Below are positions 1-13,010 of a DNA stretch of 64,000 nt, piece after piece. Positions within the stretch are counted from its first letter, which is position 1, and every line of letters begins with the position of its first letter. The stretch spans positions 17,918,001 through 17,982,000 of the forward strand of contig CM052847.1 in the NCBI GenBank assembly GCA_028534125.1. The letters run 5' to 3'. The translations under genes were made by a program, and so were the position numbers. The notes under the pieces were generated by a model. The model was not told the DNA's origin. It did not search any database and was given only the letters and a program-made list of their open reading frames with translations. The DNA comes from Lama glama. Taxonomy: Eukaryota.

Positions 1-107
1 GGGTTAGTAATGGCAGGGGACTTTGTACGGGCAAATCTGGACCATTCAAGGTATGACTCCCCACTCTGAGATTTCTCTGCACATCTGCCCTCCCCTCTGG
101 TTGAGAA

Positions 108-119
108 CCAGCAGGGGGC
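108..119 (+). promoter_or_regulatory. CTCF core-like motif
   Basis: CCAGCAGGGGGC fits CCASYAGRKGGC; motif match only. Confidence 0.35.
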
Positions 120-384
120 TTAGCGCTCCTGACTCCTCCACCAGGGAACAGAGAAAGGGAAGCAGAGGTGAGGAACACTAACGAGTGGGTCTGAGTCCTG
201 GCTTACAGCCTTGGTCTGACAAGGGGGTTTCACCTAATGAGGCTCCGGGATGTCTGGTGGAGCTCCTTCCTCTGTTCAGTCCCTGGCCCCTGTCCACGTG
301 GATAAGTGAGTCACCTGCATTTGTAGAGGGCTTTCTGATGCTGGTTATTTGTGATCCGTTCTAAAAATATCGCAGGTGATGTAT

Positions 385-520
385 TGATAGCGTTCACCTT
401 GCAACTCGGAGGACACGGAAGCCCCGGGAGATTAAATTAACTTCTCTGACCTCCCCTGGCAAAGCAGTGACAGAGCTAGAATTAGAAGTCACAGTTGCTG
501 AAACTCCCCAGTAGCTTGGC
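385..520. mobile_element. MIR SINE fragment
   Basis: Degenerate MIR core: ggacacggaagccccgggagattaaattaactt...cagagctagaattagaa. Confidence 0.5.
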
Positions 521-714
521 CTCCTGATGGTGGATTTTGGCATGATGTTCCCCACCCTGGAGGGAGCAGGGAGCGTGACTTCAACACAGCAGAACAGTGA
601 AAATCACTACAGAGTGAGGGCAGCTTATTGGTTGCCCGGGTACCAGGTACCACCGGGAGCCTCTCGGGAGTTTGTTACTTTGAATGGTCATGATAGCTCC
701 ACAAGGCGTATATC

Positions 715-835
715 TTACAGCCCCCTTTGCTGATGGGGAAGCTGAAACGCAAAGAAAAGGAGTGACTTGTCCAGGTTGCACAGCTGGTCACCGTGAGTTG
801 ACAGACAGTTGGATTCAGACCAACGTCTCTGGCCA
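715..835. mobile_element. MIR SINE fragment
   Basis: ccccctttgctgatggggaagctgaaacgca...gtgacttgtccaggttgcacagctggt resembles the MIR core. Confidence 0.6.
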
Positions 836-3374
836 CTGGCACCTGGAGACATTCCAGAGGAGGTGTGTTCCCTTCCGTTGCTTCATTGATGAGGTCTGAG
901 TGACCATCCCTGCTCCCTCCACAGCTGTCCTAAAACAAATCTGAAACCTCGGAAATCCCACCACCACTGCCAGCGCTGTTGCAGGGTGAGCTCACCTGAG
1001 GGCCGGGGCACCTGGGCGCGGCTGCTCCACTGCGTAGACCCACCTAGCTGCCACCCGGGTGCCCCTGCTCCACCAGTCAGTCCTGACGCCTAGTGTGTTG
1101 GGACACCGTGGTGGCATGTGCTGCTTCGCCCAAGAAGTAAAACCATGCTCTCTGGCACAGGCAGGGGGCCCTGGAAACACCGGAGGTGGCCAGGCGAGGT
1201 TTGCTTGTGACTTGGGGACACGACTACTGACACCAGGCTCTCTAAGATGGAGCCACAGATCAAAGGCAGTTGTTACCCTAAGAGGAACCGCTTTGCAAAA
1301 ATGATTATAAATGCACCGCCTTTCTTCAGAGAAGTGTAGCTTTACCAACATCATCTCATTAACATTCATGTTATTAAGGGGACTTTTCTTTATCTGCTTC
1401 CCCAGGCTCTCTGTCCAAATCCACAATCTGCATTCTGATGTCCTGTCTCCATCCAGCTGGCCTCCACCATCCCATCTCCCTGCTCCATGTCCAAGGGGGA
1501 TGGGCAGATGGGGGCTGGGCTCACCTCCTCATCTCAGGAGTAGGCATAAACCCCATTACTTGCCCCCCGAAGCACAAGGCCGTAGGCTGTGGCCTTGAGG
1601 AATGGCTCGGAGGAGCTCCCGCCCACCCTCCATCATCACACCCTGCCGCCCTTCAGAGACCCGGGGGCCTTTAGAGAACAACCCGACTCCCCCTCTTACT
1701 TGATGGATGAGGAGCCAGGGTCCGGGGGGTGAAGTCTGCAAAACTGTCTAAGCATCTGTCTCTGCTTCCAAAAACAAGGGACCAGAATCCACCCCAGATG
1801 AGGCATTTTAGGAAGACTCATCAAACACCACCTGGGGGCTCAGGTGTCCTCCTCTCCCTGTCCCCCTCCAGCCATCTGCTCCCTGCTCCCCCTTTGTCAA
1901 GAGGTGAATTTGGATCTAAGGCTGAAGGGTGGGCGAAGATACGAGGTCAGGTTGTGTGGTTGATTCTGTCCAGTTGTCATGCTGTGGAATTGCCCTGTTG
2001 GCTAAGAATGTGGTAAGTGGATTATTGTGTAGGCTTAGACATTGTCACCTCTGTGGCTGTCTTGGCCATGGGAGCGTGTGATGCTGGGTGTGCAGGGTTA
2101 TTAGACCAGGAGATCTGTAATCTCTAAGCCACACTTCCTGCATTCCTGTCCTCCGTCAGGGGCAGGAAGGACCACATAGGAGCCAAGAACGGGTTCCCTG
2201 AAACTCGCCTCCATCCCTGGAAGACCAGCCTGAGCCACTGCTGGTCGGCGGGGTACATTTCAGGCTGTTCCGTTCCGTGCTCTGCACGTAGACTGTAGCG
2301 TAATGTCTTCAGAAAAGCAGATATTTAAACGAGTCTCAGGAAACTGGGCCAGATGTTTGCATGAAGCAGTACATGGAGTCTGGTGTACAGTTATGAACCT
2401 CCCACAAGTCGTGTAGATTAAGAGAAAACTCACTGGAGTCATTGTGTGCATACGATGTCCTGGGTGAAGACTCAGAATGGCATTTGTAGAGCCCCGGGAG
2501 GAGCAGGTTCCTAGCAAATCCTGCTTCTGTAAATCTTTCGGCCACATGACCAATACGTTTCATTGGCTTTCACAATTTATACCATTTTAACCAAATAATC
2601 CATGTTCAATAAATGAAAATCATAGTAAACAGTTAACATTTCTTGACCACTTAGTATGTCTTGGGCATTGTGCCAAGGGCTTTATCTTCACCTGAGTTCA
2701 TGTAAATGATAAAATCCTAGATAAATAATCAGACACTGAGTAATAATTTGTTTTCTCCTTGTGGTTGCCTTTTCAACTTAGTCTGTCATTATTGACCCAA
2801 GAAAGTTGAAGTGGCTCTGGCTATTAGAGGAAGTCTCTGACAAATCAGTAAATACCTCTCATGGCTAATGATTTACCTCCTCCAGCTGAATGAGGGGAGA
2901 GAAAGCTGTCAGCTAATTTCAGGCTACCAGCGCCCTGCCGTCTTCATCCATCGCTAATACCTGATTTACGATTTACTAGTATTTATAATCTATCCTTTAA
3001 ATAGGAAGGCTAGCATTGGAGAGTTCTAGTTTAAACGGTTCTTCTGCAGTTCATGGAGATGTTAACTATAATCACAATGCCTACAAAGTAAAAATGAAAA
3101 ACTCACAAGTACCATCGGTAGTTATTTATCAGAGAATCTCCATCACCAACTTATGTCAGAGTTGCCCAGATATAAAAACCCTGGAGGTTATTGACAAAAC
3201 CTGTCATCAGTAAGGAAAATAAGAGTCACGGTCGCACACCCAGGAAACCCGTGGCTAATTTCAGTAGGTTTCTGTTTATTTGAATGTTGTTCTCACAGTC
3301 TGCAAAGGAACACAGTGCATGTGGAGGAAAACAGACCAAGTCTCATCGTACGTGTTTTTAGAAACAGTGCCATC

Positions 3375-3510
3375 CAGCCCCCTCACTTTACAGTCAAGGC
3401 AACCGAAGCCCAGAGAGGTTAGGTGATGTGTGGAAGGTCACACAGCCACCGGGCAGTGGAGGTGGGACAACTCGTGTCTCCCAACTCCGAACCTGGTGTT
3501 CTTTTCAGTG
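3375..3510. mobile_element. MIR SINE fragment
   Basis: cactttacag...aaccgaagcccagagaggttaggtga...aaggtcacacagc. Confidence 0.65.
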
Positions 3511-3811
3511 CATCACGTCCCCACAACTTCACTCCAGGATTATACTGAACACGTCATTTTAAAGAATCAGAAATTCAGAGCCCAGATTACCAGGAGCCTG
3601 TTCCTGGATTGTACTCTGTGATGTGAGGCGACTGAACATGGTGATTCTTCTTCTCATTTCCATTCCCCGTGAAAGACCCGGAGAGACGATGATAATATTC
3701 TTCCTGGCCATTTACCTAAAACGGTAGGTGAACCAGATGAATGGATAAAGGATGGATGGAGAAAAAGGAAGGGCCTTAATGTTTAAGTCCGTTCTCATCT
3801 ACACATCAGGC

Positions 3812-3993
3812 AGTGACTGGTAACCATGGCTGCACAGCATCCCCCGCCCCGGGGAGCTTTCGAAACTACACACGCCGGGGCCACACCGCAGGCAAATTAA
3901 GTGAGACTCTCTCAGGGCGGGGGCCTGGTGTCAGTATTTTTGAAGCCCCCCCACCCCGACTCCAGCGTTCAGGCAAATTTGAGAAGCACGGTT
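3812..3993. mobile_element. MER5-family (hAT-Charlie) DNA transposon relic
   Basis: aaccatggctgcaca...gggcctggtgtcagtattttt...tttgagaagcacgg is typical of MER5. Confidence 0.6.
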
Positions 3994-4121
3994 GGGGGAC
4001 TGAATCATCGCCAACCCCAGGGGGGCAGTGGTGGTGATGAACTGTTCTTTCTCCCACGTTGATGTGGATGCGTGGGAAAGTCCGCTCACCTGCTGATAGT
4101 CTTCCCACGAGGACAGCATCG

Positions 4122-4285
4122 CCTTGCTACTCAAAAGTGTGGTCCGTGGACCAGTGGCATTGGTGTCACCTGGGAATGTGTTAGAAATGCTGACTCTCCG
4201 GCCACGCCCCCGACCTGCATCCAAACTAGCTTCCGGATACTGTGTGTGCCTAGCGTGTGAGCTTGATGCTGGTGCGCTGGTGGAA
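4122..4285. mobile_element. MER5A-like DNA transposon relic
   Basis: gctactcaaaagtgtggtccgtggaccagtggcattggtgtcacctgggaatgtgttagaaatgc. Confidence 0.7.
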
Positions 4286-5000
4286 ACAGGCCTCGCGGAG
4301 CTGCTGCCCAGACGGGCTGAGGAGGATTTTCGGACGTACCCCTCCAGTGACTGCGCTCACTAGCCCTCCACGTGCTCTCCTCAAGGGGAGGACGAGGGGA
4401 TGGCCTGCCGGACGCGCGGAGCTGCCCGTTTACCTCCGCACGCTCTGGGAGCGTGTGAACGTTGTTGTGTTGCGTCTTATGGCAGAAAAAAAATGGACAC
4501 AGCTGCCGAAGCTTGAGGGCGAGCACTTCCTGCCACATCCCTTGCTTTGTCTTCAGCTCACAGGCTGTGCTCCAGCCCAGGGCGCTCTCGGAGGCCGCCT
4601 CACGCTTCCCGCGAGGTGGAGCTGAAGGCTCCTGCCTGGTCATCCGGGTAGCGGGTGCCGAGCCCCACGCCGCCGCTCTCGGGGGCCCCTCCCACGCGGA
4701 GCCCAGGCGCCTGGCGGAGCGGGAACGTTGCCAGAAGCCAGCGTGATGCCGCACGCTGCCAGCGCCTTCTCCACAGACGTTTGTGGATTGAACGAACTCC
4801 CGAGGATGGCTTGTACTCACAGACGCTCTCACAATATCAAACAGTCTCCAGAGCTCCTTACAAACTCTGGGGTGAAAGCAGGAGCGGGAGGGAATGTCGT
4901 CTCAGCGCTCTTGTTGTCCGTTGCAATCCTGCGGGTCAGGAAGACCCCGCCCGACAAACGGGAAGCACGTGGAGAGACGCGGACTCTCCACGTGCAGTGA
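4190..5000. promoter_or_regulatory. Intragenic CpG-island-like region
   Basis: About 45 CpG counted by eye in 4261-4800, GC-rich; CACGTG E-boxes at 4369, 4966 and 4989. Confidence 0.6.
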
Positions 5001-6561
5001 GCTTTCTGCTGTGATCCTTGTTTCAAATATGAGTTTCCTGGGGCTCAAAGAGGTCGGGTGGCTTGACTGTAAGTCCATAGAGTTGGCAAAGCCAAGTGCA
5101 GACCTTATGATTCTGGCTGAGACGTTCTTTTGGCCACAAAACAAACATAAAGCAGCCCAGGTCTCCCAAACCCCCATTCAACCCTGCACGTCCAGGGAAG
5201 TGAGAAACCATCCAGGTAGACTGGCCACTGCAGATCGAGCGTCAGTGAAGGGCTCTTACTTCCTTAGTATAAATCTCTCCTATAGTCTTATCTCATGTAT
5301 CCGCTTTCTCAGTTCACCTTTGCCATTTAAAATTTGGGCACAAGCCATATATTGAAAGGCCCAAGCCTTGAATCTGATCGTTAGAAGACCGGGCTTCAGG
5401 ATAAGGTATTTATAGAACAATCGAACCATCCTAATTTCCCTAAGCTCTGCCAGCAGAGAATTTCCAAAGTTGGTAAACGATCTTGCGCATTCGAATAGAA
5501 GGGGAAAATCAAAATGAGACAGTGAAATTAAGCTCGAACTCATAAAGAATTAGCAGCGCTGGAGGAGAGATCTTCGTTTGGCAAAACCAAAACTTTAGTG
5601 CTTCGGCAAAAGATGAAATTAAATATAGCTGCTAAAAACAGTATCAGATGTCTCACTCAGATATTTAATGTATTTTTTCAAACTTGCCATCTATTTTTGG
5701 TAGGGAATAATTTTTTTATTTTTAGCCAGCCTCGTTTGTTTAAAAAGAAAGAGAGGTTTAATCATTTTTGCTTAAACGTGATGAAGGAAAATTACACTTG
5801 TTATCTACTTTCATTCACTTAGTACAAATCCCAAAGGCCATGGCAGCAGTTAAATAAATAAATGAGGAAAAGACTGCTGCATGAGGTATAGTATTTATTT
5901 GTCTGTTGTAAATGAAGTTGTCATTCCTAAGCCAATCAAATCATGCATTTTTTATGAGAGGTTGCAACTTGCAGAGAGATGGAAATGTTAGACACTAATT
6001 AATAAACGTGGCTGGCAGAGCAACTCAAACAACTCAGGACTCGGAAGCTAAGCCGTAGAAGGATCTTTAGAATACGAACTTCAGGGGTGCTTTTCTGTTG
6101 ATTGGATGAAATGCCTACACCCTGTCAGAAGGTTCACGATAAAATACAGTTGGCTTAAATTTTCCAGGTTAGTTTTGAACCAGAGGTTTTAAAGATTTGC
6201 TTGTTAGACAGGCATTGTGGTAGTGGCTTTAGTTTGCCTTAGACTTGAAAGGAAACTGGAGATTACTGGATAAGGCATCACTAATCTTAACAGAGCATGG
6301 AAGCTACTAAGAGTAGATAAAAAAAAAGTCTTGTGTTGCCCACAAAATACCCATTAACTCCCCGGCTGATTTAGAGGGTGGTGTTCTTTTATGTCACCCA
6401 GACCGTGTTTCATTGAACTGATACAGCTTGTAAATATTACAGATGAATTACTGGAAAGTTCTCCAAGCCTTCCAAAGGAGATAGCCTGCATGACTTGAAC
6501 ATTCGGAGCTTTTTATGGGTCATCTGAGAAGAAGATAATGCAGTTCCATTGCTGTGCGATA

Positions 6562-6644
6562 TATGAGGTTGCACCGTGTGAAATTGTCACCATGCAACCG
6601 TGTTTAATCTATAGAAGTGGCAATTTCACATGATGAACCTAATA
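6562..6644. mobile_element. MADE2-like mariner-derived MITE
   Basis: 83 bp with imperfect terminal inverted repeats tatgaggttgcaccgtgtgaaattg / caatttcacatgatgaacctaata and TA ends. Confidence 0.8.
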
Positions 6645-6699
6645 ACCTGATGTATAGATAATTTCTATATAACATACACCAGTGATAGTGACAAGGAAA

Positions 6700-7100
6700 A
6701 TACCGTCTATGTGCATAGAAGGGGTCATGGTGCCTTTTTGTGGATAAACTCGTGGCAGAAGTACCAGTGAGAGGGAATTGTCCAGTTTGACCTGAAGAGA
6801 AGTGTAGACTGATCATGAGAACTAAGCCCAAAAAGGCAATTCGGGGGCAAGGCATGGAGTGCCTTGGAAGACAGGCCAAGGAGCTGGGGTTTAATTTGGC
6901 AGAGAATGGAAAGGTTTTGAGCAGGGCAGAGAAATGACACCTGCGTTTTCCGCAGACTTTCTGAAAAAGCAGCAGTGTGTACGGCGGTCCAAGAGGCAAG
7001 GACCAGAGCGGTGAGGAGCCCACTGCAAGAATGGAAAGGACATTTAGCCAAGGTAGATCTACAATGAGAATTCCAAGAGGCAGAAAAGTAAGCAAATTTA
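6700..7100. mobile_element. L2 LINE fragment
   Basis: aggccaaggagctggggtttaattt...gaaaggttttgagcagggcagaga is L2-like. Confidence 0.6.
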
Positions 7101-8045
7101 GGGCCAAGCAAGGATGTCTGATCCATGTAGCGTCTGAGAATGCAGCGCCAGCAGCTGCTCCTATCCCCGAGGTGATGCTTCTGAGGCTACAGGCTCAGTC
7201 CAGCACTGACCCTTCCAGTGAATGACCAAAATCCTAATGCCATCTGAGCAGGTTTCACTGTCAAAGGATATTTCCTGTGGGGATGGGGCAGGGGTGCGGC
7301 TGGAATTGTCTGAGCAGAGATCCTTCTAGGAAGCAGTACCAGGGGCTATCAGTAACTGAGCTGGGTCCCGGGAAGATGGTGGAGAGATCCAGTAAAGGAA
7401 ACAAGTTCCCAGTTTGGCTGAGATTCCAAACTGGGTACAAGGAGTCCTGTGGGCCCAGGCAGGAGGGCCAGTTAAACAAAACGGGCGTCTCTACCCCGAG
7501 TGAAGGCAGAGAGGAAGGTACAGTACCCTGCGCTCACCAGCCTGCAGGCCTCGGTTCTTCCCGGCTCACAGGGTGTTGAGAACTGGGGAACACTGAACTT
7601 CCTGAAAACAGCTGGTGTTGGGGAGGGAACCCCCGCAAGCCTGGCAGGCTGGGTTCTGCTTCATGCCAAGGCCGCGAGAGAGCCAAGCCCGAAAGTGGCT
7701 GTTACGGGCCAAGACTAATGTCAGAAAGAGAGCTGATTTTAAAACCAGGCTCATTTGTCCTAAAATGTGAGATTATATGAAGTTTGTGGCCTGTAAAATC
7801 GTAATATTGAAAATGTAGGTGAGCTATCAGGTCATTAAACCTCTCCTCCGTGGCGAGGTCAAGCCCTGTCATTTCAGTATGTACTTTGCCTTGGCTCCGT
7901 TAGGGAGCATGTCTCATTTAGCATCTGGGTGACATCTGGAAGAGTGACTCAGAGCATCCATCACTGATTTTGGAAGACAGTTCCACAGTCAAAGCGAAAT
8001 CACGTTTGAAAAGGATATCTGTATATTGGGGTTTTTTCTTTTAGG

Positions 8046-8140
8046 TTTTTTTTTTCTCCCCTTAACAGAGGCACTGTGATTGAACCCAGGACCTCACGCA
8101 TGCCAAGCACGGGTTCTACCACCGAGCTGTACCCTCCCCC
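8046..8140 (-). mobile_element. Vic-1-like tRNA-derived SINE
   Basis: Reverse complement GGGGAGGGTACAGCTCGGTGGTAGAAC...GAGGTCCTGGGTTCAATC with A/B boxes and A-rich tail. Confidence 0.85.
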
Positions 8141-10414
8141 GTATATTGTCAATTTCTGGCTTATCAAACGGGAGTGATGGTCACCCTCTGACTGTCTCAC
8201 GAACTCCACGTGTGGTCTTCTGCTGTGTTTGTGGTAGTTGTAGCTTTGCTTTAGCAGCCCTAAATCCTACACTCCTCTTCTCGTAGTAAGTCTTTCCACT
8301 CATCTCCATTTCCAGTCTTTTGTCGTTAAAACACGTAGACTCTAAACAGAGGATTCCAGACAAACCTAAGTACGGTCGTTCCATTTTGACGAGTTTTGTT
8401 TTGCTTTTCAGCGAATTTCTTTGGGAGCTCACCTAACTCGATCAGTTGTTTATTCTGTCCCAAAGGCTAGTGCCGGGGAGGAAAGAAGCAAAGTCTTATC
8501 AAAGACATGGCTTTCTGTTCACAGTAACACTGCTAAACCCAGTGATAACGCCTTCTACTGAAATCACAGCTAACTAGGCACCAGCTCGGGGTTGCGGGTT
8601 AAAAAATGTCATATATTTACCTCTCTCAATAATATAATAGTTGCAAGAAAAATTAAACGAAGAAAGGATTAACGTTCTTCTTCAACCGCAGTGTTTCTAA
8701 AGGCGTGAGGCTCACGCTTAGTTGTAAGTTATTCTTTTGTTCACATTTCGTGCCTCTTACTCCAAGCCTATTCATTTTTCTTCTAATTAAGAGAATACAT
8801 AAAGCAAAATGGAAGCTTGTGTTATTATTTAGTATGAAAACATGGAACCTAATCATAGCTAATGAGTATAATAAACGCCGGCTGTACCTCCTCTTGTTTG
8901 TGTGTGTTTTACATACAGAAGGTAGCACAGGCTGGGGAACCAGGACGCCAGGCTACAGGTGGGCTTGCGAAATGCTGTTTGACAGCCGGTTAGAGCAATC
9001 TGTCAGAAATGATGACTTAATCACCATAACAGACTCCAACTCCCCTTGTAGCATTCCACCCAGAGTAATCTAATTTTCCTGCGGTATTTTATTTATTTTA
9101 CTTTTTGCCAGGGCTGCATGGTTACCCTGCTTGGCTTTTCCCCTCTAGTGTACCACATGATGCTAACAGAGAGGTAAACGGGTTAGTGACATTACAGCTA
9201 AAGGGGAGCCTGAGAAGCCAAAAGCAGATACGTAATTCTGGAGTCTGTAGGTTGGCCTCCATCATTGGATCATACACGAAAAAAGCTGAGAGCAGTATTA
9301 GCTGTCTGCTTCCCACGTGACCACAAAGGCTGTTCCTTCCAGGATATCCTCTTAGGTTTTGAATGAGACCCTTTCCTTTTTCCCTCAAGGAAACCCTTTT
9401 ACTTTGTAAAATAGTGATGATGATGATGATAATTTTATTGGGCAAATATTATCCAAACAGTGCTTTAAGCACATCACATGACTCAGTGGCTATAAGAAAG
9501 AAATAGCCATTTATTTCCACTCTAGCTTCCACCCCGCCCCACAGTTGTGATTTGCCATAGGGAGAGAAGGGATAAATTATGTTTCTTTGTTATTGTCATA
9601 TTCACATCCCCTCTTCTTCTTGGCTTGGTAACTTTTATAAAAATATACATTGGCAAATGTTAGTTGCAAGTTTTCTGTGTACCTGCTCTGTTAACTCAGT
9701 TAATGATGATGCCCCAAAGAGGAATTTGGAAAAGCATCGTGACTCAAAGCATTGATGAATCCCTTACACTCTTCCACCAGGGGATTCGTGTCTTCAGAAG
9801 ACAACTATGTGCTGAGTTTCGTCCAGAATTTCCAAAGCACTGTTCAGATAAACAGGCATTTCACAATCCAGTCAGCATGAAGCCAAAGACCAGGGCCTAT
9901 GGGTTTAAATGCTGGACTGGCCAATATCTGCTCCACACTCCAATTGATTTTATAGATTCCGGTTACTTCTTTGCACTCACAGTTTGTGAAGAAACCACAA
10001 AATGCCGGATCAACTCATGTCAGTTATTCAAAACTATTATTTTCCTCTCAGAATAACCAACAGCTCATTTTGCTTATTACCAGTTTATTTCTTATTGACA
10101 TACGTATAGAACATTTCGGATAATTTGGCCATGAAACAAACCTCACAGTCGAATTCCATTTTGCGTGTCTATTTTAAATAGCCTGGAGGGACTGTAGAAG
10201 GACCAGCATTGAATCTCCCTGGAGCAGCACACATAGTTCCTTTATAGTCAAGTGGCACCTAGATTGGAGCTCTGCTTTCCTAACATGGCTGTTACAGCTA
10301 TGTTTTTTCTTTGAATCATTGCAGCCTTTTAAGTTTCCTTTCCTGCCTTTTTCATGGAGAAAAGCCAGACAATCATTTTTGTTCTGAGGCTAATTTAAAA
10401 TATTTTAGTTCTTG

Positions 10415-11305
10415 CTTTCCAAACTGGATGCCTTTTATTTTTTTTTTTTTCTTGCCTAATTGCTGTGGCTAAGACTTCCAGTACTCTGTTGAATGAAAGG
10501 GGCAAGGTGAGCATCCTTGTCTTTTCCTGACCTTTGAGGAAACGCTTTCAGGTTTTCACTGTTTAGTATGCTGTTATGTATGGCTTGTCATACGTGGGCT
10601 GTATTATGTTGAGATGCATTCCCTGTGTACCCACTTTGTTGAGAGCCTTTATCTAAATGGATGTTGAACTTTGTCAGATTCTTTTTCTGCATCTATTGAG
10701 ATGACCATGTGATTTTTACCCTTTGTTTTGTTAATATGGTGAATCACGTNNNNNNNNNNNNNNNNNNNNNNNNNNNNNNNNNNNNNNNNNNNNNNNNNNN
10801 NNNNNNNNNNNNNNNNNNNNNNNNNNNNNNNNNNNNNNNNNNNNNNNNNNNNNNNNNNNNNNNNNNNNNNNNNNNNNNNNNNNNNNNNNNNNNNNNNNNN
10901 NNNNNNNNNNNNNNNNNNNNNNNNNNNNNNNNNNNNNNNNNNNNNNNNNNNNNNNNNNNNNNNNNNNNNNNNNNNNNNNNNNNNNNNNNNNNNNNNNNNN
11001 NNNNNNNNNNNNNNNNNNNNNNNNNNNNNNNNNNNNNNNNNNNNNNNNNNNNNNNNNNNNNNNNNNNNNNNNNNNNNNNNGGGAAGTTTTTGATTGCTAA
11101 TTCAATCTCCTTACTAATAATCAGTCTGTTCAGGATCTTCTGTTTCATCATGATTCAATCTTGGTGGGTTTAGTGTTTCTGGGAATTTATCCATTTCTTC
11201 TAGGTTGTCCAGTTTGTCGTTGTGTGCGATTGTTCATAGTAATTGCTTATCCTTTGCACTTCTGTGGTATCAGTTGTAACATCTCTTTCATTTCTGAGAT
11301 AGTCT
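10415..11305 (-). mobile_element. L1 ORF2 fragment, antisense, interrupted by a gap
   Basis: ttgcctaattgctgtggctaagacttccagtactctgttgaat...gcatccttgtctt and ttttctgcatctattgagatgaccat are L1 ORF2 antisense hallmarks; the minus-strand LNRLIISKEIELAIKN peptide is ORF2-like. Confidence 0.85.
10750..11080. other. Assembly gap (331 N) inside L1
   Basis: Run of N flanked by collinear L1 sequence. Confidence 0.99.
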
Positions 11306-11409
11306 TTATGTCTAGGATGGAAGAGGAAATTTTGGTAATCGTGTAACTTCTTAGAAACCGCAGTCTCACAACACAGCTGTCTGGATATGCTAGGGACCGG
11401 TATGGAAGA

Positions 11410-11640
11410 GTGGTTGGGGGTTATGCTCCAGCCGGAGACAATCCCAAATCTGAATCCCTGTACCACTGCTGACTTGCTGTGTGCCAAGATATTTAATATC
11501 TGTCTCCCTCCTTCCTTCCCTCTTCCTCTCCACCCCTCACCCTTTAGATCCTCAGTCACATCTATCTCAGGGTTGTTGTGAGAATTAAATTAGATAGTAT
11601 ACATATAAAGAGCCTGTAGCAATGTTGAGCACAGAAAAGA
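11410..11640. mobile_element. MIR SINE
   Basis: aatctgaatccctgtaccactg...tatctcagggttgttgtgagaattaaattagata...taaagagcct. Confidence 0.6.
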
Positions 11641-12632
11641 CTGAGAGCCCAGGGAAGATTTCTTCAGTTTTCACCAAAAGTGCCTAAATTCTCCACTTCA
11701 CTTAACAAATACGGCAGTGAGCTCCAAAACCAGCTTTGTCCCAGAGATAAAATCTGGCTTAGACTGATCCAACAAGTGATTTTGGTCATCTCTATTCTTG
11801 CAGAAGTGTTTCATTACTTTTTTTAACTATGTTTTTAACTTTAAAATTATTAAAGATGGTTTGGCATGATGTCACCATTTTAAAAACTATTCGATAGTGA
11901 CCAGTCAGCATTCCCAAAATTCCCTTTCGTTTCTCCCCAATCCTCCTTACGCAGAGCATAGCGCAGCGGTGGTGGGACTGGCAGAACTTCCTACCTAGAC
12001 AGACAGGCAAGCCTCTGTAGCTCTGAGGGCACCTCACTGTCACAGCAGGTCCCTTGATAACGCACACTTCGGTTTGGAGCGATGGCATGCCTCCAGTTGG
12101 TAGCAGTTATTTTGAAACTTATTCTTGCCCATTTACAAACCATTTCTGAGAAAAATTCAGAAAGCGTAGGTGCCTCCAGTATCTCAGAGTCTGCTGTCCA
12201 ACAAGATACAAAGTATATTCTGCAGGTCACATTTGCATTGTTTCATGGAGCAAAAGAAAAATTCCAGTTCACCTCTACTGGCTGAAGTCCATTAATTTTG
12301 TCATTTGGCACATGGCTTTTTTGTGAATTCACATCTTCCCGCCACCCACCCACCTCCACCCGATCCCGCAGTCTCCCTTTAAATATTTTATGGGCAGTAA
12401 GCTTATACGGCTGCTCTTTCTGGGGGTCAGTGTGGGTTTAATAATGAGACGTGTTAACAGTGCCTCTGTAAACTCCCTTTCAGGTTAAATATGGCATGTT
12501 TTATTGAATCTCACGTTCACAGTGGTTAAGTCATCCACTGGTGATGGCTGGGGTTAAACAATTTTCCATGTGAGTTCTCCTGGATGTGAAAAACTGGCCA
12601 AGTCGCCCTCCCCTGGGTCCTCCATCTCCCAT

Positions 12633-13010
12633 TTTTTAATTGAAGCATAGTCAGTTTACAGTGTGTCAATTTCTGGTGTACAGCATCATGTTTTAGTCAT
12701 ACATATACATACGTATATTCCTTTTCATATTCTTTTTCATTATAAGTTACTACAAGATACTGAATATAGTTCCCTGTGCTACACAGTAGACATTTGTTGT
12801 TGATCATATTTTATATGTAGTAGTTAGTATCTGCAAATCTCAAACTCCAGTTTATCCCTTCCCACCCCTTTTCCCCACTGATAACCGTTTGTTTTCTATG
12901 TCTGTGAATAAGTCATTTCTGTTTTGTAAGTAAGTTCACTTGTGTCTTTTTTTTTTTAATTCCACGTATAAGTGATACCACACAGTATTCCTTCTCTTTC
13001 TGGCTTACAT
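12633..13010 (-). mobile_element. L1 3' end (cetartiodactyl-type), antisense
   Basis: ttttaattgaagcatagtcagtttacagtgtgtcaatttctggtgtacagc...gaatatagttccctgtgct...ttccacgtataagtgata. Confidence 0.85.

Noticed and set aside
4131-4832. 233-aa minus-strand ORF and overlapping ORFs
   Set aside because: Expected stop-codon scarcity in GC-rich DNA; overlaps a MER5 relic; no recognisable domain
6562-6644. Pre-miRNA-like hairpin
   Set aside because: Explained by MADE2 terminal inverted repeats; arms are mismatched and there is no expression evidence
10709-11173. ORFs spanning N runs (also 32168-32578)
   Set aside because: Artefacts of translating assembly gaps
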